64,000 nucleotides of DNA, taken from positions 1 to 64,000 of IMG/VR virus record IMGVR_UViG_3300035208_001463; one strand, given 5' to 3'. Of the stretch, positions 32,775 through 41,870 are shown piece by piece. A program made the position numbers and the translations under genes. The DNA is from a virus. Lineage: Duplodnaviria > Caudoviricetes. A model generated the notes under the pieces. It made no database searches. It had not been told where the DNA came from and saw only the letters and a program-made list of their open reading frames with translations. Within the stretch, counting starts at the first letter, position 1. Every line of letters begins with the position of its first letter.

Positions 32775-33707
32775 ATGAGTCACGGAAAAGAAAACCCTTT
32801 GACTGTTAAAGCCAGAAACGCAAGACGAAATCGTTCTCATCAACGTTCCGCACAGGGGAACGCATATCAATTTACTCATCCCGACCGTGCGGCAGAGTAT
32901 AAAAAACGCTATAAAGCAAAGAAAGGAAAATTCGCAGAGCAACTTATAAACGCGCGCGCACCTCTTACATTCACTGCTGGTGATATCTGCCTAGCGTGTG
33001 ATTTTCATATACCGTGTCACGATGATGCGCTTGTTGATTACATGATTTCTGTGTGCAAAGATTTAAATATTAAGAAACTTGCCATTGATGGAGATTATTT
33101 AAGTTGTGATAATTTAAGTATTTTTACATCCACTACCGAATCCAACTCTCCTATTACTATCACTTGGAAAGCAGAGAAAGATGAAGGTCGCAAGATGATG
33201 ACTCGTCTTTTGGAATGGTTTGATGAAATTTATATCTGCGCTGGAAATCACGAGAATCGTATTATTGCACTTACAGGTGGTAAAGAAGGGTTCCTCGAAA
33301 TTGTTCATGCTATAATGCCAGAGAATATTACTATATCCGATTATCGCAAACGGGTTCATGCAACCATAGATGATCATATGTTTTTGGATCACAAATATAG
33401 AGACGAAAATGGAAACGAACAGATCCAAGAATGGATGCTCTGCCATCCTAAGAACTTTAGCATTCTTCCTTTGAGAGTAGCGCGCGCATTGTGTGCCAAA
33501 TTTGGAAAGAATATCCACATGGCGCACGGTCACAATTTGTTGAAGGGACGCGATATAAGTGGGAAGTTTATATGTGTAGAAGGTGGAGGATTGTTTGACA
33601 GAGAGGCTTTGGATTATACTTGCAGGACTACTACACACCCGGTAATGAGAAGTGGGTTTTATATTTTGAAGAATGGGGAAGTGTTGCAATTTGAGGGGAA
33701 GTTGTGA
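32775..33707 (+). CDS. calcineurin-like metallophosphoesterase
   Basis: DFH, GDYLSCD, GNHE, HP, HGH. Confidence 0.8.
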   Translation: MSHGKENPLTVKARNARRNRSHQRSAQGNAYQFTHPDRAAEYKKRYKAKKGKFAEQLINARAPLTFTAGDICLACDFHIPCHDDALVDYMISVCKDLNIKKLAIDGDYLSCDNLSIFTSTTESNSPITITWKAEKDEGRKMMTRLLEWFDEIYICAGNHENRIIALTGGKEGFLEIVHAIMPENITISDYRKRVHATIDDHMFLDHKYRDENGNEQIQEWMLCHPKNFSILPLRVARALCAKFGKNIHMAHGHNLLKGRDISGKFICVEGGGLFDREALDYTCRTTTHPVMRSGFYILKNGEVLQFEGKL

Positions 33708-33871
33708 TGGATAAAATGTTTGTTAAATGTGAACTTTGTGATAACCCATCTGGAAGTTCAGATGGTGTCCCGATTCAAGTTGGTAATAAAAAATTCTGTT
33801 CGCTCGAACATATGCGAGATTATCTAGTTGAATCTTTAGAAAGGTTTGATAAGAAGGGATGGATGTAACGT

Positions 33872-34117
33872 ATGTGGCAAGATATCGTAATGTCAATTGT
33901 GGGATTGGTATTCGCATTAGTAATGATTCCACAATTGATAGATTGTTATAAGAAAAAATGTAAAATGAATTCCATATCGTGCAGTATTACCATTGCAGGA
34001 TTAATTGCAATGGGAATATGCATGTTTACTCTAGAGGCTTATTATACTGCATTCATGGAAACGATTACGGCATGTGTATGGGGGTTGTGTTGGTATTTTT
34101 CTGGTGATAAATCGTGA
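33872..34117 (+). CDS. PQ-loop/SemiSWEET-like three-TM protein
   Basis: IPQL after TM1, three hydrophobic helices, 81 aa. Confidence 0.55.
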   Translation: MWQDIVMSIVGLVFALVMIPQLIDCYKKKCKMNSISCSITIAGLIAMGICMFTLEAYYTAFMETITACVWGLCWYFSGDKS

Positions 34118-34424
34118 CCGCCAACTGTTCCACTTGCGCGCGTAAAGATTTCTGTTCCGGGTTGTTTCAATGTGAACAGCAAGAAAAACCAGTTGATTGT
34201 GGATGTTATGTTAAAAAAGAAGATTAATCCCTATTATTCCCACCCTTAATCTGACGCCCCCAAACTTTTATTCCGGAATAATAATCTTTCTTGGGTTCTT
34301 CTGTTAGGTGTCTGCCAACGTTTGGTTCTTCTCTGTTGAATACACGAGAGAATTGGTTTTTGATATCGATAACCATATATAAGTGTCGTGGGTTTTAGTA
34401 TTTAAGGATTTTGGTTGGTGTTGT

Positions 34425-34667
34425 TTAAATTATTCCATTTTCTTCAAGGAAAACATATACTTCATTTCGGAAAAGAATCCAATTCAATAACTCTTCTTTT
34501 ATTTTCTCATTATATTTATTTTCTCTACAAAAATCATCAATATAATCAAATGGTGCATCATCAATTTGTTCTTGTTTCAGATCTCTATCTTCTGATACGA
34601 CATAAATTGGTTGATTTCTTAACCAACTACGGAATTCATCTAAAATTTCATCTTCATTTAATGTCAT
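34425..34667 (-). CDS. acidic hypothetical protein
   Basis: MTLNEDEILDEF...; start moved to the internal ATG. Confidence 0.5.
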   Translation of the reverse strand: MTLNEDEILDEFRSWLRNQPIYVVSEDRDLKQEQIDDAPFDYIDDFCRENKYNEKIKEELLNWILFRNEVYVFLEENGII

Positions 34668-34936
34668 GATTATAAACCAATTTTTCTTAATGCACCCATA
34701 GCACCCGCGCAACATTCCATCATGCGATCTTCACATTTCTTGTGTACAAAGGCTGGGTGTTTCCCATCTTTTTGCAATCCACATTTGCTTTTTACTGGAT
34801 TTCTAACACCTTTTCCACAGAACATACAGACATTCATGATTTTCTCATCACATTACTATACGCGGGTTTAGTATTTATATTTATCTCCACGCTCTTTTAG
34901 ATACCTTTTTATCCTTTAAACACGTATACATATACA

Positions 34937-37900
34937 ATGCCCGAACTCTGTTTAACCCAATGCGAATATAGTTTTCATAATAATCAACCAATCATTCATC
35001 TCTTCGGTCGTGATTCCACAGGAATCACCCATCGCGTTGATGTTGTAGGGTTTAAACCTTATTTCTTTATCCCCGCTTCCGAATCCCCCAAGGTTCTCCC
35101 ACCCGCTGAACTAGATCCAAACGAATATTTTTCTATTCGTCACGAACCACTTGTTAAAGTTTTCGTACCGAAACCCACTGATATTAAAGACGCGCGCGAG
35201 AAATTTTCAAAACATTTTGAAGCAGATATTTTATATACCCTACGATTTTTGATCGATGTAAAAATCAAATCGGGTTTTTCATATACACAATCTCCCTGTA
35301 CCCCAGAAGATATAACTCCCAAAGAGTTGAATTTCCCTGCGCGCGTTTGTATTGTGGATATCGAATGCAGTGACGAAAATGGGTTTCCCGATGCAACCAA
35401 AGATCCAATTTTCTGTGTAACTGCTTATGATAGTTTCACCAAGCGATATATTACATTTGTCGTTGCTACGTTGCCAATTGATGAAACTCCCAAAGAAAAT
35501 GGATGTTTCAATACTAATCAGCATGATGTTTTAACATACATGGATGAAAAATCCCTTCTCGTGGATTTTGCCGAATATATTAAATCCACAGACCCCGATA
35601 TCATTACTGGGTGGAATTGTGTTCCAGAAGATACAATGGTTGATACACAAAATGGTCTTATTCCAATTAAGAATTTAAATAATGATATTGTTTTAAATAC
35701 CGGAGGGAAAGTTGTATCAGTTTATAATACTGGGGTAAAAAATACATCTCGTATAAAAACATCTATTGGTTGGAATTTTGTTGTTGGGGAAGATCATAGA
35801 ATAATGGTTTCCGAAATTCCACATGATCGCAATTATGTATGGGAGCATTGTGAACATTATGAATCGATATATACGACTCCCGAAAATATAACTTCAAATA
35901 GTATATTGCATGTTCCAATACGACAATATGAAAGCAATATTGGACTTGGGCTCGATCTTTTTAATTGTTATCGAGCAGGACTTATTTATTCCGACGGATC
36001 TAGACCGGATAAGTGGAGATTTAGATTTTACAATAAAAATACAAATCTCGTTGATAGATGCTGTGGAAAAAATCATAGGTGGTTTTCAAAAGGTGTTTGG
36101 TGCTCAAACATATTACAGCGAGATCTCAATGGGGCAGAAAATCTTATTCTTGTTGGTGATAAAAAACAACTTAATTTCGGTTTGCTATCTCGTTTGTCGG
36201 TTGAAGAATTTGGAGCGTTTGTAGCTGGGTGGTATGATGGAGATGGATATTCAGATAGTTTTGCTATAGGAGATCACACCATTGATATTAGGCACTTTCA
36301 GTTGTTTGCTGGTTTTGGAGCAATAACATCATCTTCGTGCAATATAAATTTAAGAATTTTATGCATAACAGAAAAATTATTGACGTGTATAAATATATTT
36401 TTGCAAAAAAAGGTAAAACCAAGAATTCATATAATGAAGAGAAAACGAGTTACTAGGAAAGATCATTTTAGATTTAATTTTAATAAAAATCTTACGAAGA
36501 TGTACTTACGTGTAAAAAATGTAAGGAGAGACACACCAAAAAACTGTTATGATATAACAACAACAGAACATAATTTTTCGATTGGTTGTATTGTGCACAA
36601 TTGTAATGATTTCGACGTGCCATATATTCTTGGTCGTTTTGATAAACTCGGGATTCCTCGTAATGCACTATCCCGTCTTAACACTACAAACGCAGATAGA
36701 GTAGAAATAAAAGGTCGTCAACTCTTTGATTTGCTTGCCGGTTACAAGCGAATGCACCTTGGTGAGCAACCCTCTTACCGTCTTGATGCAATTGCGGCAG
36801 AGGAACTTGGTAAACAGAAAATTCGATTTACTGGGAAAGTTTGCGACCTTTGGAAAAATGATCCAACAAATCTGGTTTATTATAATTTTACAGACGTGGA
36901 ATTGTGTGTGGGTATTGATGAGAAAGACGAAACGGTTGAATTCCACAGACATGTAGCTCAATATGCTGGTTGCCCTCTAGAAAAGACAACAAATTCGATG
37001 CCTATTATTGATATGCTGGTTTTGAGAGAGGCAAAAGAAAATGGATTTGTTCTTCCATCAAAAGCGGGTGTAATTAATACACAAGATTCATTTGAGGGTG
37101 CGACTGTTATTCCACCAGTAAAGGGAATGCATGAAAATGTTGTTATTCTTGATTTGAAATCATTATACCCAATGGCAATGATGACTATTAATGCATCTCC
37201 GGAAACGAAAGATCCAAATGGTGAATTGCACGCTCCAAATGGTGTCAGATTTAAAAAATCCCCCGATGGATTGGTTAGAAAGATTCAGGAAAAGTTCTTG
37301 CGCGAACGAGATGAAATGAAAAGGGAGAGAAATAAATATCCGTTCGATTCACACGAATATAAACTCCTGAATATGAAACAGGATGTTATTAAAGTTTGTA
37401 TGAATTCTTATTATGGTGTATCAGCGAATCCGATGTTTAGACTCAATGATCGCGATGTTGGATCTGCTATTACATCGGTTGGGCGCGCACTTTTGGAACA
37501 CAACAAGAAACTTGTTGAAGCAGAAGGGTTTAAGGTTATTTTTGGTGATACCGATTCAAATGGGGTTAAAATTCCAAAAAGTATCGGCCCCGAAAGTACA
37601 ATGATTATTGCAAAAGAACTTGAAAAACTTCTCAATGATAGTTATCCAATTTTCGCAAAAGAAGTTCTCAATGCAGATGTTTCCTATTTTTCCGTGAAAT
37701 TCGAAAAACTTTATGCGCGCTTCTTTAGCGGTGGGAAAAAGAAACGTTACGCCGGTTTACTCGTCTGGAAAGAAGGCGTGGACGCGCATAAAATTGATAT
37801 TGTTGGTTTTGAGACCAAGCGTTCTGATTCTCCAAAGGTTACGCGTGATGCAATGAAAACACTCATTAAGATGGTTCTCGAAGGCGAACCCTATGAAGAA

Positions 37901-38305
37901 ATCCGTTTTACTATTTCCGATGTTATTAGAAAATATCGCGCGGGGAAATATAGTCTTGACGAGATTGGAATTCCCGGTGGTATCGGAAAAGCACTCGAAG
38001 ATTACGATATCCAAGATGCACAGGTGCGCGCGGCAGTATATTCTAATACGTATCTCGGAACGAATTTTGGTAAAGGGAGCAAACCGAAACGTTTATATAT
38101 TAAGAATGTTACTTCGAAGTATCCACGCACGGATGTAGTTTGTTTTGAGTATGCTGATCAGATACCTCCGGAGTTCGTTGTGGATTTAGATACTATGTTG
38201 GAGAAGACATTACAATTGCCATTGACACGGATATTGGAGCCGTTGGGTTGGTCGTGGTCTTCATTTGATCCGGAAATCACAACGTTGTCGCAGTGGGGAA
38301 TTTAG
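34937..38305 (+). CDS. polB: family B DNA polymerase containing an intein
   Basis: ExoI DIEC, ExoII GWN|intein|CNDFD, ExoIII YNFTD, DLKSLYP, KVCMNSYYG, GDTDS, KKRYAG. Confidence 0.96.
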   Translation: MPELCLTQCEYSFHNNQPIIHLFGRDSTGITHRVDVVGFKPYFFIPASESPKVLPPAELDPNEYFSIRHEPLVKVFVPKPTDIKDAREKFSKHFEADILYTLRFLIDVKIKSGFSYTQSPCTPEDITPKELNFPARVCIVDIECSDENGFPDATKDPIFCVTAYDSFTKRYITFVVATLPIDETPKENGCFNTNQHDVLTYMDEKSLLVDFAEYIKSTDPDIITGWNCVPEDTMVDTQNGLIPIKNLNNDIVLNTGGKVVSVYNTGVKNTSRIKTSIGWNFVVGEDHRIMVSEIPHDRNYVWEHCEHYESIYTTPENITSNSILHVPIRQYESNIGLGLDLFNCYRAGLIYSDGSRPDKWRFRFYNKNTNLVDRCCGKNHRWFSKGVWCSNILQRDLNGAENLILVGDKKQLNFGLLSRLSVEEFGAFVAGWYDGDGYSDSFAIGDHTIDIRHFQLFAGFGAITSSSCNINLRILCITEKLLTCINIFLQKKVKPRIHIMKRKRVTRKDHFRFNFNKNLTKMYLRVKNVRRDTPKNCYDITTTEHNFSIGCIVHNCNDFDVPYILGRFDKLGIPRNALSRLNTTNADRVEIKGRQLFDLLAGYKRMHLGEQPSYRLDAIAAEELGKQKIRFTGKVCDLWKNDPTNLVYYNFTDVELCVGIDEKDETVEFHRHVAQYAGCPLEKTTNSMPIIDMLVLREAKENGFVLPSKAGVINTQDSFEGATVIPPVKGMHENVVILDLKSLYPMAMMTINASPETKDPNGELHAPNGVRFKKSPDGLVRKIQEKFLRERDEMKRERNKYPFDSHEYKLLNMKQDVIKVCMNSYYGVSANPMFRLNDRDVGSAITSVGRALLEHNKKLVEAEGFKVIFGDTDSNGVKIPKSIGPESTMIIAKELEKLLNDSYPIFAKEVLNADVSYFSVKFEKLYARFFSGGKKKRYAGLLVWKEGVDAHKIDIVGFETKRSDSPKVTRDAMKTLIKMVLEGEPYEEIRFTISDVIRKYRAGKYSLDEIGIPGGIGKALEDYDIQDAQVRAAVYSNTYLGTNFGKGSKPKRLYIKNVTSKYPRTDVVCFEYADQIPPEFVVDLDTMLEKTLQLPLTRILEPLGWSWSSFDPEITTLSQWGI
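35618..36601 (+). mobile_element. intein with LAGLIDADG endonuclease (328 aa) in PolB ExoII motif
   Basis: Starts CVPEDT, GEDHR, AGLIYSDG and VAGWYDGDG, CYDITT, ends IVHN followed by Cys. Confidence 0.93.
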
Positions 38306-38492
38306 AAAGGTGGAAAGATTTAAATACTAAATAATTTTATAGTATATAAATTAGTATGTAATAATTTTTAACAGTATATAAAGTTAACCAATATAGTTTA
38401 GAGTGTAACAATTATAATTTATGAGATAAAATTAATAGTATATAAATCTTTCTACAAATGTTATAAATACAAATAACACCTATTACTTATGC

Positions 38493-38574
38493 TGGTGGAT
38501 ACCCTAGTGGTCAACGGGGCGAGATTCAAAATCTCGTGATTAGTTCTTCGAGGGTTCGACTCCCTCTCCACCAA
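38493..38574 (+). tRNA. tRNA-Leu(CAA)
   Basis: Acceptor TGGTGGA/TCCACCA plus discriminator A; D-arm CCC/GGG with TGG loop; anticodon stem CGAGA/TCTCG with TT-CAA-AA loop; long variable region; T-arm GAGGG-TTCGACT-CCCTC; TATA at 38461. Confidence 0.88.
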
Positions 38575-38638
38575 TTTTGAAATCCCCCTTTCAAACACAA
38601 TTGTTATCATTTTCGTTAATATTTGTGCTTATAATGGG

Positions 38639-38678
38639 GAATTATAAAAAATAGAATTATAAAAAATAGAATTATAAA
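38639..38678. repeat. 15-bp tandem repeat (about 2.7 copies)
   Basis: GAATTATAAAAAATA x2 plus GAATTATAAA. Confidence 0.8.
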
Positions 38679-38687
38679 TTCCCAAAC

Positions 38688-38942
38688 TTAATTTACGTCT
38701 TTATCTTCTTTTTCTTTCGGCTGCTGCGCGCGCGGGTACAGACCTGTGAATGTTTGCGTGTCCAGCGAATCAGGAAGAAGTTTATCTTCGATAATCAGGA
38801 TGATAAGTTCATTAAGCACTTCTGCATAGATCGGTGCTTCTGCTGTGCGCACCGCGCTGTTGAGCGCACTGATAAGGCGTTCTTTCTTCTGTACATACTT
38901 CAATACTTTCTTCATTTCATCTTCAGTATAAGATTCAGTCAT
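38688..38942 (-). CDS. hypothetical protein
   Basis: MTESYTEDEMKK...; GGAGG RBS. Confidence 0.6.
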   Translation of the reverse strand: MTESYTEDEMKKVLKYVQKKERLISALNSAVRTAEAPIYAEVLNELIILIIEDKLLPDSLDTQTFTGLYPRAQQPKEKEDKDVN

Positions 38943-39075
38943 ATTTATCGGATTCCTCCAGTTTTTTTGTTTTTTTCTCAATTGCCAATTCTGCAATTGT
39001 AGCCAAATTTAAACCGCGCGCGCGTCCGGCTTCGGCGATCTTTCTTTCGATTTTAACAACTGCATCGCGTGTCAT
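38935..39075 (-). CDS. ribbon-helix-helix (CcdA-like) regulator (46 aa, not in ORF track)
   Basis: Hand translation MTRDAVVKIERKIAEAGRARGLNLATIAELAIEKKTKKLEESDKYD; beta-helix-GLNL-helix pattern. Confidence 0.6.
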   Translation of the reverse strand: MTRDAVVKIERKIAEAGRARGLNLATIAELAIEKKTKKLEESDKYD

Positions 39076-39082
39076 GATTTAC

Positions 39083-39109
39083 ACATATGTTCCATTTGGA
39101 AACATATGT
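39083..39109. promoter_or_regulatory. operator-like inverted repeat between divergent promoters
   Basis: ACATATGTTCCA-TT-TGGAAACATATGT. Confidence 0.5.
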
Positions 39110-39178
39110 ATATAATAACAACCAACTACTATATATACCTTTTGTTTGATATTAGTTTATGAGAGAGGTGCATTTTAC

Positions 39179-39517
39179 ATGTTTGAGAAAGTTACGACTT
39201 ACCTCAAGAGCGCATACACCAAGGGTATGGAGCTGATTCACGACTCCGAGGCAATCGGTGAGGCAACCCTCGCCGGTATCGGGATGGTCGTCGGCGGGGC
39301 CATATTCATCGTCATAGGTATATTCATGGTAGGAACGCTGTTCAACAGCCTCCCGATCCTCACGGGGATCATGAATACAACCATGAGTAATGCACAGAGC
39401 AATGTTTCTCTCGCGTTTACCTTCTTGGGTATTGCACTCTTCCTGTTGGGAGCTATCGTTCTGCTCCTCGAATTCATCCCGGTTATCCGGATTTTCGTAG
39501 GTGGAGAACGCCAGTAA
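39179..39517 (+). CDS. candidate major capsid protein of spindle-shaped-virus type
   Basis: Polar leader, then EATLAGIGMVVGGAIFIVIGIFMV, loop with NTT and NVS sequons, second hydrophobic helix; GC-richer codons than neighbours, GAGGTG RBS, own promoter and terminator. Confidence 0.6.
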   Translation: MFEKVTTYLKSAYTKGMELIHDSEAIGEATLAGIGMVVGGAIFIVIGIFMVGTLFNSLPILTGIMNTTMSNAQSNVSLAFTFLGIALFLLGAIVLLLEFIPVIRIFVGGERQ

Positions 39518-39527
39518 ATTCGGTTTG

Positions 39528-39554
39528 ACAAATGGAGACAAATTCTCCATTTGT
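39528..39554. terminator. hairpin between convergent genes
   Basis: ACAAATGGAGA-CAAAT-TCTCCATTTGT. Confidence 0.7.
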
Positions 39555-39574
39555 TTAAACTCGTTAAAATAAAT

Positions 39575-40444
39575 TTAGTTTCTTTTTTGATAATAGAAAG
39601 ATCTTGGAAATATCATAAGTTTGAATTTTTTATGATGTTTTATGTGTGAATCTTTAAATATTGTTACTCCGTTATCGACATCCCATAGCATTTTACAATT
39701 TAAAGCATCCTTTATCGTTTGTATTTTATATTTTTCTATAATTATAGCAATAGCAACAATATGGTGTGCTTCTATGTTATGATTTCCTAATATTCCGGTG
39801 AAGCAATCTTTATACTCGTCTCGTTTAAAAACTTCCGATCTCCATATACTCATTTCTGGAAGCGCCCTGATAGCATGTTCTATTGCTGAAACCCCACCCT
39901 TCCAATTAAGATTTCGATCACCACTCATATTTTTTCTAAACTCTTCAGACTTCTTTATTCCAGTCATAGATTTACTCATTTTTTCTCTTATTTCAACCGG
40001 TGTTGTCAATCCTTTGTTCCAAGGAATTTGATCCTTGTGTGATATGCTCATCAATCTTTTGGTTTCTTCAGATGCTTTTTTATTAAGATGTTTTTCTCGG
40101 TTTTTCTGTTTTGATTCTTCGGTATGTTTCTTATTTTTTCTACTATTTTTAATTTTATCTTTTGTTTCTTGTGTACGTGTTTTGCCTTTATTACTGCCCC
40201 CAATTTTCTTTTTGTGTGATTCGGATAACGGGCCTGTTTTCTTTCCCTTGTTCCAAGGTATTTTACCTTTAAGAGATTTGCTTAATTTTTTCTTTGTTTC
40301 TTCTTTAATAGGTGTCCCTTTATTCCAAGGTTTGCGACCCTTTAATTTATCAAGTGTTTCTTCTGAAGGATGTTTATTTAAATGCCACTCTCTGTTCTTT
40401 TTAATCCATTCGTTGTATTTAATTGGATCTTTCGGAGGTGGTAT
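39575..40444 (-). CDS. NUMOD3-repeat HNH endonuclease paralogue 3 (ATA start, degenerate Cys ligands)
   Basis: Frame extends 390 nt upstream of the track ORF to ATA-CCA-CCT-CCG-AAA-GAT-CCA (IPPPKDP); PWNKG repeats, NWKGG, EAHHI..NGVT. Confidence 0.7.
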   Translation of the reverse strand: MPPPKDPIKYNEWIKKNREWHLNKHPSEETLDKLKGRKPWNKGTPIKEETKKKLSKSLKGKIPWNKGKKTGPLSESHKKKIGGSNKGKTRTQETKDKIKNSRKNKKHTEESKQKNREKHLNKKASEETKRLMSISHKDQIPWNKGLTTPVEIREKMSKSMTGIKKSEEFRKNMSGDRNLNWKGGVSAIEHAIRALPEMSIWRSEVFKRDEYKDCFTGILGNHNIEAHHIVAIAIIIEKYKIQTIKDALNCKMLWDVDNGVTIFKDSHIKHHKKFKLMIFPRSFYYQKRN

Positions 40445-40446
40445 AA

Positions 40447-41139
40447 CTATTCACTCCCAAAATGTTCTTCGTCGTGGCAATCTTCGCAATAAGTTACCCC
40501 GTTGTCGATGTTCCACAATTCTTTACAATTTTTAGCATCTTGTAATGTTTTAATATTATTTTCTTTTAATATTATAGAAAATAATTTTATGTGATGTGCT
40601 TCTAAGTATCCGCCACGAGTTTTACATTTTTGACAGGTATAATTATCTCTTTCAAATATTTTATGTATCCATTCTCTATATTCAAACGATTCACGTATTG
40701 CTTTACTCAATGGCGTCGTATAAACAAATCCCATCAAAGCATGTTTAATTAATCGTTCCTCGCTCATTCTTTTTCTGGTTTCTATTGGGAAATGATATCC
40801 CAATTTTTTAGTATTTCCCAACTGGGCGTTATGCATTTTTATATGTGCATCGAAAGTATGATGTTGACCAAACATAGGATTATTTTCTCCCATCTTGGAT
40901 TTACTTATATTTTCACAATGTTCTTTGGAACGTGGTGGTTTTGGTTTGTTTTTTAAAGCAACGCTTTGATTATATTTTGTTAATTCCGAAGAAGGGATTC
41001 CTTTGTTCCAAGAGGTTTGTCCTTTATGTGACTTACTCATTTTATCTATAGTAGATTGCGATGCGCGCTTTCCAATATGAGATAATCTATTCTTCTCAAT
41101 CCACAACTTATATTTTTCCGGGTCTTTAGGAGGTGGCAT
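40447..41139 (-). CDS. NUMOD3-repeat HNH endonuclease paralogue 2
   Basis: MPPPKDP, SWNKG, RDNYTCQKC, LEAHHI, NGVTYCEDCH. Confidence 0.88.
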   Translation of the reverse strand: MPPPKDPEKYKLWIEKNRLSHIGKRASQSTIDKMSKSHKGQTSWNKGIPSSELTKYNQSVALKNKPKPPRSKEHCENISKSKMGENNPMFGQHHTFDAHIKMHNAQLGNTKKLGYHFPIETRKRMSEERLIKHALMGFVYTTPLSKAIRESFEYREWIHKIFERDNYTCQKCKTRGGYLEAHHIKLFSIILKENNIKTLQDAKNCKELWNIDNGVTYCEDCHDEEHFGSE

Positions 41140-41141
41140 TT

Positions 41142-41870
41142 TTATGTTTCCTTTGAGTGTCTTTTATCATGACAATCGACACACAATGTGACACCATTTT
41201 CAATATCCCACAAGTCCTTGCATTTTAATGCATCCTCAACAGTTTGAATATTATTCTCCTGTATAATTTGAGCAAACGTTTTTGGGTCGTGGTGACCTTC
41301 TAGATCTCCTCCATGTTTCCCGCAATCACGACAGGTATAATTATCTCTTTTAAATACGGCACCCCTCCATTTATCATACTCGGGTAATCTTCGTATTACC
41401 TTATCAAGTTCCGTTATACCACCTTTATAATTGTGATGATCGGAACCACGATGTGCGGATTCCCTCATTTTAAGTTTTGTTTCCTCCGTGTGGATGTAAC
41501 CAAGTGTTCTAGTATTTCCGATTAAAGATTCACTTATCTTCTCACACGTTTCAATAGATGATTTTGTTCCAATGTGTGCAACACGAATTTTATTCTTTGT
41601 TTCTTCAGATAATTTTACACCTTTACGCGGAGATGTTTTTCCTTTATTAGCCTCGCTTAAATGTTTTCGATGTTCTGGCGACTTGGGTTTATTTTTAAGT
41701 CCTTCACTAATATGTTTGATTTCTTCTTCCGATTTTATACGTCCTTCATTAGATTTGCTTATCTTGTCACAATGTTCTAAAGATAATGGAATCCCACGTC
41801 TTTTTGCGGCTGCTTCATCTATATGTAGTTTCCATAACCTATATCGTTCCGTTCCTTTTTGTGGTGGCAT
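41142..41870 (-). CDS. NUMOD3-repeat HNH endonuclease paralogue 1
   Basis: MPPQKG, HTEETKLKM repeats, NYKGG, RDNYTCRDC, LEGHH, NGVTLCVDCH. Confidence 0.88.
   Translation of the reverse strand: MPPQKGTERYRLWKLHIDEAAAKRRGIPLSLEHCDKISKSNEGRIKSEEEIKHISEGLKNKPKSPEHRKHLSEANKGKTSPRKGVKLSEETKNKIRVAHIGTKSSIETCEKISESLIGNTRTLGYIHTEETKLKMRESAHRGSDHHNYKGGITELDKVIRRLPEYDKWRGAVFKRDNYTCRDCGKHGGDLEGHHDPKTFAQIIQENNIQTVEDALKCKDLWDIENGVTLCVDCHDKRHSKET

Noticed and set aside
33114-33689. 191 aa minus-strand ORF and similar long antisense ORFs (e.g. 8193, 28879, 29483, 40035, 56558)
   Set aside because: They overlap better-supported genes on the opposite strand or in another frame and lack motifs or RBS
38493-38574. 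tRNA as a provirus attachment site
   Set aside because: No integrase or duplicated tRNA 3' end in the window, and viral-type genes lie on both sides
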